64,000 bases of DNA from Oscillospiraceae bacterium (GCA_020025715.1 JAHHRQ010000003.1:105-64104), one strand, 5' to 3'. Counted from the stretch's first letter, positions 26,593 to 36,642 are shown. Notes: a model not told the origin generated them from the letters alone. Made by a program: numbers and translations.

Positions 26593-27495
26593 ATGAGTGA
26601 AAACCGTTATGATTTAATATCACAGGCAAGCATTGACGCAAGAGTTTCCGCAAAGCTTCTTTATGTCAGCACGGCCAAATACGGCGGAGACTGGAACAGC
26701 GTTCCCCATACCCACGCCTGTGCAGAAATGTTTTATGTTGTGGGCGGAAAAGGACAGTTCCGTATAGAAGATAAGCTGTACCCTGTTGAAGAAAACGACC
26801 TTATAATAGTTAACCCACATGTTCGTCACACCGAAACAAGTCTTGACGCAAAGCCCCTTGAATATATAGTTCTCGGCGTTGACGGTCTTGAGCTTATGGT
26901 AAATGAGGAGGAAAACAAGCCCTTTGCCATAATAAGCTTCAAATCCTCCGGTTCAGATATTCAGTTCTTTTTAACCAGTATGTTAAGAGAATTGGAAGCA
27001 AAAGCCCCGGGTTACGAAACTATTTGTCAGGATTTGCTGGACATTCTGGTTATCCGCCTTATGCGCGGTTCTGATTTTTCCGCCCGTCTTGTGCCCAGCA
27101 CAGCACAGGTCAGCAAGGAGGGTGCTGCTGTACACCGTTACATTGAAAGCCACTTCAAGGAGAACGTAAGCCTTGATGATCTGGCGGAAGTTGCCCACCT
27201 GAATAAATACCATATGACCCACCTTTTCACCAGAGATTACGGCATATCCCCAATTAAATTCCTGCTCAGTCTCCGGATTAAGGAAAGCTGCTACCTGCTC
27301 CGCACAACTGACCACCCGCTGTCCCAGATTGCCAGAATTACCGGTTTTTCCTCTCCCAGTTATTTCTCCCAGAGTTTCCGCAAGGCCGAGGGTATAAGCC
27401 CCACAGACTACCGGGCAAAATATCAGCTCTCAAAAAAGCAGGATACTGAGAACGAAGAAGAAAAGCAAAGTTCTTTTTCACCGCAGGAAATATAA
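26593..27495 (+). CDS. AraC-family transcriptional regulator (cupin sensor + HTH)
   Basis: N-terminal cupin (HTHACAEMFYVVGGKG), C-terminal AraC HTH (..LDDLAEVAHLNKYHMTHLF.., ..IARITGFSSPSYFSQSFRK..). Divergent from the sugar ABC operon. Confidence 0.85.
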   Translation: MSENRYDLISQASIDARVSAKLLYVSTAKYGGDWNSVPHTHACAEMFYVVGGKGQFRIEDKLYPVEENDLIIVNPHVRHTETSLDAKPLEYIVLGVDGLELMVNEEENKPFAIISFKSSGSDIQFFLTSMLRELEAKAPGYETICQDLLDILVIRLMRGSDFSARLVPSTAQVSKEGAAVHRYIESHFKENVSLDDLAEVAHLNKYHMTHLFTRDYGISPIKFLLSLRIKESCYLLRTTDHPLSQIARITGFSSPSYFSQSFRKAEGISPTDYRAKYQLSKKQDTENEEEKQSSFSPQEI

Positions 27496-27580
27496 AGAAG
27501 CTTTATATCGGCAGCTGGTTAAGTTTTACTGTATTCGCCGCAAGAACTATAAAGTCTCCTATAACAAAGTCAAAATTAAA

Positions 27581-27610
27581 CTCCCCATTGTCCGCAGGAC
27601 AGTGGGGAGT
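27581..27610. terminator. Bidirectional terminator between araC-family gene and DUF523 gene
   Basis: CTCCCCATTGTCC-GCAG-GACAGTGGGGAG (one G-U pair), followed by TATTTTTTATT. The flanking genes are convergent. Confidence 0.8.
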
Positions 27611-27615
27611 ATTTT

Positions 27616-28059
27616 TTATTCACTTATAAGGATATTTACATCGCTTTCACCGAAAATTTCAATGCCGTTTTTCTTTAAAAGCTCCGATGTGACACCGTCA
27701 CCGGCAATAAGAGTGTGGCTGAATGTGCCGTCATAAATTTTTCCGCTGCCGCATGAGGGGCTTTTTTCCTTGAAAAGAGCTTTTTTGCAGCCGTGTCTGC
27801 GGGCAATCAGAAGGGCGTGCTCCGCTCCCCTTTGGTATTCTGCCGTCACATCAACGGAAATTTTGTTTATAACCCTGCTCCCCTGCCGCTCGCTTGGCTC
27901 TCTTGGTATAGGGAGGCCGCCGGAGGTTTCGGGGCAGACGGGAATGAGCCTGTATTTTTTTCTCAGGGCTTTAAGTACATCTTCCGGCAGAGTATTGGTG
28001 CCGCCGTTATATTTGCACATGTTGCCCAGCAGGCAGGCACTTACAAGGAGATTTTCCAT
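27616..28059 (-). CDS. DUF523 family protein (TudS/YbbK-like Cys-rich)
   Basis: 147 aa. LVSACLLGNMCKYNGG, PVCPE, SPSCG. Confidence 0.78.
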   Translation of the reverse strand: MENLLVSACLLGNMCKYNGGTNTLPEDVLKALRKKYRLIPVCPETSGGLPIPREPSERQGSRVINKISVDVTAEYQRGAEHALLIARRHGCKKALFKEKSPSCGSGKIYDGTFSHTLIAGDGVTSELLKKNGIEIFGESDVNILISE

Positions 28060-28060
28060 T

Positions 28061-28627
28061 TTATCGCCTCATATTCAGTCCCAGCACAGCGCCGCACACG
28101 CCGCCGATTATATGGGTAAGCTGAGAAATATTATCCTTCATAAGAATACCGTTTATCATTTCGCCGCCCAGATACAGAACTAGCACCAGCACCAGAGTAA
28201 TGGGGATGCAGCCGTCCTTCATGCCTGAAAGAGAGGACATCACAATCATCATAAATACTATGCCAGAGGCACCCAGAAGAGCAGTTCCGGGGAAGAAAAG
28301 CCACTGGACAAGGCCGGAAACCAGCGCTGTCAGGAAAATTGCCAGAAAAAGATTTCTGGTACCGTACTTTTCTTCAAGTGGAGGCCCTACCACCAGAATC
28401 ATCATCATGTTTCCTATGTAGTGGGCGTAATCTGCATGACCCAGAACGTGAAGCACAAATCTGGGATAAGTAAACGGGTCTGTCAGCGGGGCGCGGTAAA
28501 CGGAAAAGAGGGTCTGCGTTGTCCAGCCGGAGGATGCAAAATCCAGAAACAGTACAACCAGAGACGTAAGTGCAAAGGTCAATATAAGAGGAGAATTATA
28601 CTGAAACTTTATAACTCTCTTCTTCAC
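28061..28627 (-). CDS. Rhomboid-family intramembrane serine protease
   Basis: 188 aa. [11 protein letters not shown] (H-x4-H-x3-N), GASGIVF catalytic Ser motif, THIIGG catalytic His. Confidence 0.78.
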   Translation of the reverse strand: MKKRVIKFQYNSPLILTFALTSLVVLFLDFASSGWTTQTLFSVYRAPLTDPFTYPRFVLHVLGHADYAHYIGNMMMILVVGPPLEEKYGTRNLFLAIFLTALVSGLVQWLFFPGTALLGASGIVFMMIVMSSLSGMKDGCIPITLVLVLVLYLGGEMINGILMKDNISQLTHIIGGVCGAVLGLNMRR

Positions 28628-29157
28628 AGTTCTTCTCCAAGCTCGGAAAGGGCTTTTTCGTAGTAGCTTTTTGTTCTGTCGTCAAAGCATACCATACGAA
28701 CGCGCTCTATTTCTTTGTGCTCTTTGAGATAATCATAAATTACCGACATTGCAATTACAGAAGCCTTTTCCAGAGGGAAATGATAAACTCCTGTGCTTAT
28801 TGAGGGGAAATCCACAGTTCTGCAGCCGTGCTTTGAAGCAAGGCGCAGGCAGGACTCATAGCAGGAGGCCAGAAGTTCAATTTCCTTTTTCTGACCGCCC
28901 CGCCAAATGGGGCCGGGGGTGTGGATAACGTATTTTGCAGGAAGATTATAGCCCTTGGTAAGCTTTGCGTCGCCGGTTTTGCAGCCGTTAAGCTTGCGGC
29001 ACTCGTTTAAAAGCTCAGGGCCGGCGGCTCTGTGAATTGCACCGTCCACACCGCCGCCCCCTAAAAGGGAGCAGTTGGCGGCGTTTACGATTGCGTCAAC
29101 TTCCTGTTTTGTGATGTCGCCTTTTATTACCTGAATTCTTCCGCTCATGGAATTCAC
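28624..29157 (-). CDS. Macro-domain protein (O-acetyl-ADP-ribose deacetylase / ADP-ribosyl hydrolase type)
   Basis: 177 aa. [35 protein letters not shown]. Confidence 0.87.
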   Translation of the reverse strand: MNSMSGRIQVIKGDITKQEVDAIVNAANCSLLGGGGVDGAIHRAAGPELLNECRKLNGCKTGDAKLTKGYNLPAKYVIHTPGPIWRGGQKKEIELLASCYESCLRLASKHGCRTVDFPSISTGVYHFPLEKASVIAMSVIYDYLKEHKEIERVRMVCFDDRTKSYYEKALSELGEEL

Positions 29158-29160
29158 TCC

Positions 29161-31500
29161 TTAAAAACTTACAGTAACTCCCTTATCGTCGGCGGAAAGC
29201 ATAATGGTTTTAACCTTTTCTCCCCGGTTTTCGATAAGCTTCTGAGCCACCTGATCCTCAATCTCTTTCTGGATAAGGCGGCGGAGATTTCTGGCTCCGT
29301 AGTTGACGGAATAGCCTTTCTTCACAAGATAATCGGTGAGCTTTTCATCCCAGCTCATCTCAATATCTTTTTCTTTCAGCAGGTCTTTAACCTCTCCCAG
29401 CATAAGGCCGGCGATTGCGCGGAAGTTATCCTCGCTGAGCTGGTTGAAGCAGATTACTTCATCCACTCTGTTTATAAATTCCGGTCTGAGGAATTCGTTG
29501 AGAGCTTTCATTGCTCTCTCGCGGCTCATGTCACTGAGAGAACCGCCGAAGCCTACGCTGCCGGTCTTATTGCCGGAGCCGGCGTTGGTGGTCATAATTA
29601 TAATGGTATTTTCAAAGTTTACGGTTCTGCCCTGAGCGTCGGTAATTCTGCCGTCGTCCAGAATCTGAAGCAGAATGTTCATAACATCGGGGTGAGCCTT
29701 TTCAATCTCATCGAAGAGCACCACGGAATAAGGTCTGCGGCGAATTTTTTCGGTGAGCTGGCCTGCCTCGTCATAGCCCACATATCCCGGAGGTGAACCG
29801 ATAATGCGGGAGACAGAGAACTTCTCCATAAACTCGGACATGTCAAGTCTGATGAGAGACTCGGGAGAATTGAACATATCCTCTGCAAGGCGCTTTACAA
29901 GCTCGGTTTTACCAACGCCTGTGCCGCCTACGAATATAAAGCTTACAGGCTTGCGCTTAACCTTGAGACCTACGCGGCTGCGCTTAATTGCAGCGCACAC
30001 TGCATCAACAGCCTCATCCTGACCCACAATGTGCTTTTTAAGTCTCTGGTCAAGATTTGCAAGTCTCTCCAGCTCATCTTCCTTAATGCTGGAAGCGGGG
30101 ATTTTAGTCCAAAGCTCAATTATTCTTGCAAGGTTATCAACGCTGAGCTCGGGTCTGCCAACAGATTTAAGCTGTTCAAGCTCACTCTGGAGCTGAAGCT
30201 CACGGCTGCGCAGCTCTGCAATTCTGGCGTAGCGCTTATCCATAAGCTCCTGATTGCCCTCTTCCTCCTTGGACATATCCTCAGAGGTGAGCGCGTCCCG
30301 CTCAAAGCGGATGTTTTCAAGGTCACGCTCAACAAGCATACGTCTGTTTATGGTTTCGTCCTTCAGATTAAGGTCGGAGCATGCCTCGTCTATAAGGTCA
30401 ATAGCCTTATCAGGCAGGAAACGGTCGGTAATATAGCGCTCACTCATTAAAACTGCCTGACGGCACATTTCATCGGAAATGGAAACGCCGTGGTAGTCCT
30501 CATAGTAGTGGGAAATGCCTCTTATGATCTTGATGCTGTCCTCAATGGAGGGTTCATTTACGGTAACAGGCTGGAAGCGGCGCTCAAGTGCCGTATCCTT
30601 TTCTATGTGCTTTCTGTACTCAGTAAATGTAGTAGCGCCTATGACCTGAATTTCGCCTCTGGAAAGTGCAGGCTTAAGAATGTTTGCAGCGTTCATGCTG
30701 CCCTCGGCATCACCTGCGCCCACAATGTTGTGAACCTCATCAATAACCAGAATTATATTTCCGTGGCTCTTGATTTCCTCAATAAGTCCCTTCATGCGGC
30801 TCTCAAACTGGCCTCTGAACTGGGTTCCCGCCACAAGAGCGGTAAGGTCAAGGAGAAATACTCTCTTGTCCTGAAGCTTATAGGGAACGTTGCCAATGGC
30901 AATACGCTGTGCAAGACCCTCGGCAATGGCGGTTTTACCGACGCCGGGTTCACCGATAAGACAGGGGTTATTCTTCTGGCGGCGGTTGAGAATCTGGATA
31001 ACACGCTCCAGCTCCTCTTCCCTGCCGATCATGGTGTCAAGCTTTCCCTGCTCTGCTCTCTCGCTGAGATCAATGCAGTAGCTGTCCAGAAATTTTCTCT
31101 TCTTGTTTCTGGGGTTGTCTTTGTTTTCCTGCTTGGGAGCAGAATTTTCTCCGCCTGCAGGTTCAGGTTTGCTCTGATCCTTGGGGCCGCCGAAAAGTCT
31201 GTTGAGGAAGGGGAAGGTGGCGGTTTTGCCGTCGTCCTCTTCATCGCCGTCCATGTCGGGGGCTTCAAGTCCCATAAGCTCTTCTGCGCCGTTGAGAGCG
31301 TTCATCATCTCACCGGAAATGCTGTCCAGATCATCGTCTGAAATTCCCATCTTATCTATAAGATCGTCAACCGGTTTTATATGGAGCTCACGGGCACACT
31401 TCAAGCAGAGTCCTTCATTTTTGGTGACTCCGTTTTCAATTTTTGTGATAAACAAAACTGCTACGTTTTTTCCGCAGCGTGAACACATCTGTGCTTGCAT
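29161..31500 (-). CDS. clpE: ClpE-type Clp/Hsp100 ATPase (N-terminal zinc ribbon, two AAA+ modules)
   Basis: Start ATG 31500 (GGGAGG 5 nt upstream). N-terminal C-x2-C-x22-C-x2-C (CSRCGK...CLKCAR). Walker A motifs GEPGVGKT and GGTGVGKT. A short M-domain. SVGFGG loop at the position of the ClpP-docking tripeptide. Confidence 0.82.
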   Translation of the reverse strand: MQAQMCSRCGKNVAVLFITKIENGVTKNEGLCLKCARELHIKPVDDLIDKMGISDDDLDSISGEMMNALNGAEELMGLEAPDMDGDEEDDGKTATFPFLNRLFGGPKDQSKPEPAGGENSAPKQENKDNPRNKKRKFLDSYCIDLSERAEQGKLDTMIGREEELERVIQILNRRQKNNPCLIGEPGVGKTAIAEGLAQRIAIGNVPYKLQDKRVFLLDLTALVAGTQFRGQFESRMKGLIEEIKSHGNIILVIDEVHNIVGAGDAEGSMNAANILKPALSRGEIQVIGATTFTEYRKHIEKDTALERRFQPVTVNEPSIEDSIKIIRGISHYYEDYHGVSISDEMCRQAVLMSERYITDRFLPDKAIDLIDEACSDLNLKDETINRRMLVERDLENIRFERDALTSEDMSKEEEGNQELMDKRYARIAELRSRELQLQSELEQLKSVGRPELSVDNLARIIELWTKIPASSIKEDELERLANLDQRLKKHIVGQDEAVDAVCAAIKRSRVGLKVKRKPVSFIFVGGTGVGKTELVKRLAEDMFNSPESLIRLDMSEFMEKFSVSRIIGSPPGYVGYDEAGQLTEKIRRRPYSVVLFDEIEKAHPDVMNILLQILDDGRITDAQGRTVNFENTIIIMTTNAGSGNKTGSVGFGGSLSDMSRERAMKALNEFLRPEFINRVDEVICFNQLSEDNFRAIAGLMLGEVKDLLKEKDIEMSWDEKLTDYLVKKGYSVNYGARNLRRLIQKEIEDQVAQKLIENRGEKVKTIMLSADDKGVTVSF

Positions 31501-31574
31501 AAATACCTCCCGGTGTAAATTTGGCCGGGAATTCCCCGGCCGGAAGGACAAACCGTCCTAAAAATATATTAAGT

Positions 31575-32291
31575 TCAGATAAGGCCCTTTGTAACGAAAT
31601 CCAAAGCCATAAAGAACTTTGCAATCCCGGCGCTCTCCAGAGTTTCAGGGCCGATTATGATACCCATGAAGCTCAGAAGCCAGCAGAACAGGGTGCAGTA
31701 TAAATAACCCTTTGCAAAACCCAGAATACCGCCGCCGACATAGTCAAGCATAGGCATCTTGGAGAATTTAAAGCTGAAGTTTCCGATGTTGGTTACAGCT
31801 ACAATCAGTATCAGTATCAGCAGGAACGCAAGAATAAGTCCTCCAACATAGCTTATGATGTCACAGAGCACATTGATAACGGACTCCGTCATATCCTCGC
31901 CGGTTTTTTCCGCATGGGTAACGGATCTTTCGGCAACCCGCTCGGCAAGATCATCGCTGAATCCCAGACTCTTTGCACACTGGAAAGCGTAATCATATCT
32001 GAGAGAACCGTCCTGAGCCAGTATATCCTCCAGAGACAGTTCGCTGTTGCCGTAGCCCATTTCCTCAAGAGCTGCATCTCTGGTTTTCTGGGAATCTATA
32101 TAACCGTCTACAAAAGGTTCGAGTACGGGAATGACCTGATTTGCGTACTTTTCGGAAAGGAGACTTCCGCCGTAGAGAGCTATGATTATAGCCAGAATTC
32201 CCACAATTCCGCTGATAAAGCCTTTCTTGCAGCCTCGCCATATACACATGGCTGCTATCAGTATTAAAATTATATTGATAAAGAGTTTCAT
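31575..32291 (-). CDS. cvpA: CvpA-family membrane protein
   Basis: 238 aa. MKLFINIILILIAAMCIWRGCKKGFISG... is a typical CvpA N-terminus. Four TM helices. Confidence 0.7.
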   Translation of the reverse strand: MKLFINIILILIAAMCIWRGCKKGFISGIVGILAIIIALYGGSLLSEKYANQVIPVLEPFVDGYIDSQKTRDAALEEMGYGNSELSLEDILAQDGSLRYDYAFQCAKSLGFSDDLAERVAERSVTHAEKTGEDMTESVINVLCDIISYVGGLILAFLLILILIVAVTNIGNFSFKFSKMPMLDYVGGGILGFAKGYLYCTLFCWLLSFMGIIIGPETLESAGIAKFFMALDFVTKGLI

Positions 32292-32403
32292 ATACGATCT
32301 CGTCCTTTATATGTATTCTTTACGGTTGCGCCGCAAATCTTTTTCGGGCTTAAAGAATATTGTAGCATATAATTGTGAATAAATATATGCTTTGCATCCT
32401 TTA

Positions 32404-33174
32404 TTATTTTAAAAACATCTGTCCCACAGGCTCATCATACCACACTCTGTTTAGATAAAGCCCCTGCGGCGGCATTGTGGGGCCGGTAAGCCGTCTGTCC
32501 CCGATTTCCAGAAGCTCGGGAATATCCTCCGGCCGGAGCTTTCCGTAGGAGGCATAGACCAGAGTGCCCACTATTGCACGGCACATGTTATAAAGAAAAC
32601 CGTCGGCGCAGATTGAGACAGTAATAATGTCCCCCTCTTTTTCCGCATTGCACCAGTATATTGTGCGTACGGTGGTTTTCGTTTCTGTGCCCAGACTGCG
32701 GACAGCCTTAAAATCATGAGTACCCTCAAAGCTTTTTGCAGCTGCCTTCATCTGCTCCATATCCAGTCTCTGAGGATAGAAGCAAACCCGCTTATCCAGA
32801 AACGGGTCTCTGATGGGGCTGTTTAATATTTTGTAGATATATTCTTTTTTTATGCAGGAGCCTATTGCGTTAAAATCTTCCGGTGCTTCCACCGCCTCCA
32901 CAACTGCAATGTCACCCGGAAGCCGGGTATTAACTGCAAGGGGAAAACGGTCTATTGGAATTCTGCAATCTGTTTTAAAGTTTGCGCAGTAGCGCAGAGC
33001 ATGAACTCCCGCATCGGTTCTGCCGCAGCCGGTGAGCTTCACCTCATGGCCGCAGACTTTTGCAAGAGCTTCTTCCATAGTCTGAGCTACGGTAATTTCG
33101 TTTTTCTGCACCTGCCAGCCGTGATAACGGCTGCCGTCATATTTTAAACGCAGGGCTATATTTCTTGTTGCCAT
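32404..33174 (-). CDS. truA: tRNA pseudouridine(38-40) synthase TruA
   Basis: 256 aa. YDGSRYHGWQ and the GRTDAGVHA catalytic Asp motif. Canonical position after ecfT. Confidence 0.92.
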   Translation of the reverse strand: MATRNIALRLKYDGSRYHGWQVQKNEITVAQTMEEALAKVCGHEVKLTGCGRTDAGVHALRYCANFKTDCRIPIDRFPLAVNTRLPGDIAVVEAVEAPEDFNAIGSCIKKEYIYKILNSPIRDPFLDKRVCFYPQRLDMEQMKAAAKSFEGTHDFKAVRSLGTETKTTVRTIYWCNAEKEGDIITVSICADGFLYNMCRAIVGTLVYASYGKLRPEDIPELLEIGDRRLTGPTMPPQGLYLNRVWYDEPVGQMFLK

Positions 33175-33177
33175 AAA

Positions 33178-33975
33178 TTATAATCCAAATTTCTTTAAAA
33201 CTATAACCACAATAAGGAAAATGATTCCGATTGCAAGGGCAATCCAGTCTTTGCGACCCATTACAAGCTTTTTCATTCTTGTTCTGCCCTCTCCGCCGTG
33301 GTAGCAGCGGCTTTCCATAGCCGTTGCCAGTTCTTCCGCTCTTCTGAAAGCGGATACGAACAGAGGCACCAGTATAGGCAGCATGGCCTTTGCACGATTT
33401 ATGATATTGCCTGTTTCAAAGTCCGCACCTCTTGCTTTCTGAGCGGACATGATTTTGTCTGTCTCCTCAATAAGGGTGGGAATGAAGCGAAGTGCCATGC
33501 TCATCATTATTGTCATCTCGTGCACAGGCACTTTGATTTTTTTAAGCGGATTTAAAAGTATCTCCAGTCCGTCGGTAAGAGACATAGGGCTTGTGGTATA
33601 GGTGAGCAGGAATGTGCCCATAACAAGCAGAGCAATACGAAGTATCATCTTTGCCGCTCTGTCTATGCCTTCCCATGTGATAGGCCAGCCGGGGATAACA
33701 GGCGTACCGGTGGTGTAGAAAATATTGAGAATACCGGTAAGCACTATGATAAAAATCATAGGCTTCATGCCCTTAAACATATTGCGGAATTTGATTTTTG
33801 AAAGGCGCATGGCGGTAATGGTGCATACTGTAACAACGCCGTAGCCAATCCAGCTCTTTGCCTGAAAGAGCATTACGATATAAAGCACCACCAGAATGAT
33901 TTTGGTTCTGGGGTCAAGCTTGTGTATGGGGGTATCTCCGGGGAAGTACTGGCCCAAGGTTATATCTTTCAGCAT
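33178..33975 (-). CDS. ecfT: ECF transporter transmembrane component EcfT
   Basis: 265 aa, multi-TM, with the ..ARG..F.. coupling-helix region (QKARGADFE). Confidence 0.9.
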   Translation of the reverse strand: MLKDITLGQYFPGDTPIHKLDPRTKIILVVLYIVMLFQAKSWIGYGVVTVCTITAMRLSKIKFRNMFKGMKPMIFIIVLTGILNIFYTTGTPVIPGWPITWEGIDRAAKMILRIALLVMGTFLLTYTTSPMSLTDGLEILLNPLKKIKVPVHEMTIMMSMALRFIPTLIEETDKIMSAQKARGADFETGNIINRAKAMLPILVPLFVSAFRRAEELATAMESRCYHGGEGRTRMKKLVMGRKDWIALAIGIIFLIVVIVLKKFGL

Positions 33976-34829
33976 TTTCCGTCCCCCCTGAGTTTCAGAA
34001 CTGCGTCTTTCAGCTGTTCATGGGTGTAAATGGAGCCGGGAATATCAAGGCCTCTTTTTCTCAGCTCCATTGCAATGGCAGTGGGGCGTGGAACGGAAAG
34101 GCCGATTTCAATAAGCTCCTCGGGGCGGGAGAACACTTCCTGGGGTGTACCGTCCATTTTAACGGTGCCGTGGTCAAACACAAGTATTCTCTGTGCAAAT
34201 TCCGCCGCGTCATCCATATTATGGCTGACAACGATAACGGTGGCGCCGGTCATCTCCCGGTAGCGCTTAATATTATCCATTATCTGCCTGCATCCCGCAG
34301 GGTCAAGACCGGCGGTAGGCTCATCCAGAATAAGGACGCCGGGGCGCATGGCGATAACGCCGGCAATGGCAATTCTGCGCTTCTGGCCGCCGGAGAGTTC
34401 AAGGGGAGATTTCTGGAGCAGATCATCGGTGACACCGGTAAAATCCGCCGCCTCTCTAACCCGCTCGTCCACTTCCTTTTCGCTCAGGCCCATGTTCTTG
34501 GGGCCGAAGGCAATATCGGCGTAAACAGTTTCCTCAAAAAGCTGATACTCCGGATACTGGAAAACAAGGCTCACCTGCCATTTGACATCACGTCTTGACT
34601 GCTTGCTCTCGTTTATATCCTTGCCGTCCACATACACCTTGCCTGAGGTAGGCTCCAGCAGCGCATTAAGGTGCTGGATAAAGGTGGACTTACCGGAGCC
34701 GGTGTGGCCTATAAGACCCACAAACTGGCCGTGGGGTATTACAAGGTTTATATTCTCTATTGCTGTTTTTTCAAACGGAGTATCCATGCCGTAAGTATGG
34801 CATAAATTCTCCACTCTGATTTCTGACAT
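33969..34829 (-). CDS. ecfA2: ECF transporter ATPase EcfA2
   Basis: GHTGSGKST, LSGGQKRR, LILDEPTAGLD. Confidence 0.92.
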   Translation of the reverse strand: MSEIRVENLCHTYGMDTPFEKTAIENINLVIPHGQFVGLIGHTGSGKSTFIQHLNALLEPTSGKVYVDGKDINESKQSRRDVKWQVSLVFQYPEYQLFEETVYADIAFGPKNMGLSEKEVDERVREAADFTGVTDDLLQKSPLELSGGQKRRIAIAGVIAMRPGVLILDEPTAGLDPAGCRQIMDNIKRYREMTGATVIVVSHNMDDAAEFAQRILVFDHGTVKMDGTPQEVFSRPEELIEIGLSVPRPTAIAMELRKRGLDIPGSIYTHEQLKDAVLKLRGDGKC

Positions 34830-34840
34830 TCTTTATCCTC

Positions 34841-35680
34841 TTAAATCTTCTTAACTGCTTTTTCAATAGCGTCTGCACAGGATTCCACATCCAGTGCGTC
34901 AAGGGGCAGAGACATTCCCTCTTTATTAAGCTCATACATAAGCTTTGTAGTCTCGGGCACATCAAGGCCCTCGCTCTTCATAAGCTCAACCTGGGAAAAT
35001 ACCTCGCCCGGTTTACCGTCTGCAATAACAAGGCCGTTTGACATTACAACCAGTCTGTCGGCATTGATGCACTCATCCATGTGGTGAGTAATGAGAATAA
35101 CCGTCATGCCGTGCTCACGGCAAAGGCGGGTAATGCTCTCGATTACCTCACGTCTGCCCTGAGGGTCAAGCATGGCAGTAGGCTCATCCAGAACGATAAT
35201 TTCCGGCTCCATTGCCATAACTCCGGCGATTGCAACTCTTTGCTTCTGTCCGCCGGAAAGAAGGTGGGGGGCGTGCATTCTGTATTCATACATTCCCACC
35301 TGCTTTAAGGCTCTGTCAACTCTCTGTCTTATCTCCTCAGTGGGAACACCCAGATTTTCCGGTGCGAAAGCCACATCGTCTTCAACAACGTTTGCAACTA
35401 TCTGGTTGTCCGGGTTCTGAAAAACCATTCCCACAGAGCGTCTTATATCAAGAAGTCTGTCCTCATCGGCACTGTCTATGCCTTTAACAAGAACCTTTCC
35501 CTCGGTAGGGGTAAGGATTGCGTTCATATGCTTTGCAAGGGTGGATTTTCCGGAACCGTTATGGCCCAGCACCGCCACAAAGCTGCCCTTTTCTATATCA
35601 AGGTTTATCCCTTTGAGAGTTTCGGTTTCATCATCGGGATAGGTGTAGTGCACATCTTTAAAGCTAATAACCGAATTCAA
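34841..35680 (-). CDS. ecfA1: ECF transporter ATPase EcfA1
   Basis: GHNGSGKST, LSGGQKQR, IIVLDEPTAMLD. Confidence 0.92.
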   Translation of the reverse strand: MNSVISFKDVHYTYPDDETETLKGINLDIEKGSFVAVLGHNGSGKSTLAKHMNAILTPTEGKVLVKGIDSADEDRLLDIRRSVGMVFQNPDNQIVANVVEDDVAFAPENLGVPTEEIRQRVDRALKQVGMYEYRMHAPHLLSGGQKQRVAIAGVMAMEPEIIVLDEPTAMLDPQGRREVIESITRLCREHGMTVILITHHMDECINADRLVVMSNGLVIADGKPGEVFSQVELMKSEGLDVPETTKLMYELNKEGMSLPLDALDVESCADAIEKAVKKI

Positions 35681-35694
35681 ATCAAATTCCTCTC

Positions 35695-36555
35695 TCAGTG
35701 CTCCCAGCGGCAGGTTGCACCGCAGGGCAGATACAATCCGCTGTCCGTTACGGGCAGAGCCAGCTCCTGACTGTCAGAACGGCCGCCGAATTTTTTAGTA
35801 AATATGCTCTCTGCCACATAGGAAAGGACAGAGGGAGAAAGGCCGGTGGTGTAGGAGTTTATAATCACGAATAAGGGATTATCCGACAGCACATCGGCGC
35901 ACAGAGACACGAAGGGCCACAGGTTCTGCTCCAGCTTCCATATCTCTCCGCCTGGACCTCTGCCGTAGGAGGGCGGGTCCATAATGATGGCGTCATACTT
36001 GTGTCCTCTGCGGATTTCTCTTTCCACAAACTTGGCGCAGTCATCCACTATCCAGCGGATAGGCGCATCGGAAAGGCCGGAAGAAGCGGCGTTTTCCTTG
36101 CCCCAGCTGACCATGCCCTTTGCAGCGTCAACATGGCACACACTGGCGCCTGCCTTTGCACATGCAACGGTAGCACCGCCTGTATATGCAAAAAGGTTCA
36201 GAACGCTTATATGCCGTCCCGCATTTCTTATTTTATCCATAGCCCAGTCCCAGTTGGCGGCCTGTTCGGGGAAAATTCCGGTATGCTTAAAGTTCATGGG
36301 TTTAACATTGAAGGTAAGCTCTCCGTAATGAATCTGCCAGTTCTGAGGCAGTTTTCCCTTGTCCCAGCTTCCGCCGCCGCTTTTGGAACGGCTGTACTCA
36401 GCGTCGCGCCGATACCATAATTTATTTTTTCTGGGAGTATCCCATATTGCCTGAGGGTCCGGACGAACCAGATAATAGTCTCCCCAGCGCTCTAATTTTT
36501 CACCCTTTGAGCAGTCAATAAGCTCAAAATCCTGCCATTTATCTGCAAGCCACAT
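35695..36555 (-). CDS. Class I SAM-dependent methyltransferase (RlmI/RlmK-like rRNA MTase core, no PUA domain)
   Basis: 286 aa. VLNLFAYTGGATVACA (motif I), IIMDPPSYGRG (motif IV). Confidence 0.72.
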   Translation of the reverse strand: MWLADKWQDFELIDCSKGEKLERWGDYYLVRPDPQAIWDTPRKNKLWYRRDAEYSRSKSGGGSWDKGKLPQNWQIHYGELTFNVKPMNFKHTGIFPEQAANWDWAMDKIRNAGRHISVLNLFAYTGGATVACAKAGASVCHVDAAKGMVSWGKENAASSGLSDAPIRWIVDDCAKFVEREIRRGHKYDAIIMDPPSYGRGPGGEIWKLEQNLWPFVSLCADVLSDNPLFVIINSYTTGLSPSVLSYVAESIFTKKFGGRSDSQELALPVTDSGLYLPCGATCRWEH

Positions 36556-36642
36556 AATCTATTCACCAATTTCTTTACATATTGAGACATAATATTTTAA
36601 CATCAAAAGCCCCTCAGGTCAACATAAAACCCATGCTGGAAA

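Noticed and set aside
29161-31500. Clp/Hsp100 ATPase with an N-terminal zinc ribbon instead of Clp_N repeats, considered as a novel architecture.
   Set aside because: This is the defining feature of the known ClpE subfamily of Firmicutes (C-x2-C-x22-C-x2-C). Only the operon context is reported as a finding.
31501-31574. Near-palindrome GGCCGGGGAATTCCCGGCC and hairpin AGGAC-GGTTT-GTCCT between cvpA and clpE, considered as a CtsR/HrcA-type operator.
   Set aside because: It resembles neither the GGTCAAA heptad repeat nor CIRCE (TTAGCACTC-N9-GAGTGCTAA). It is more simply a weak terminator or stem after cvpA.
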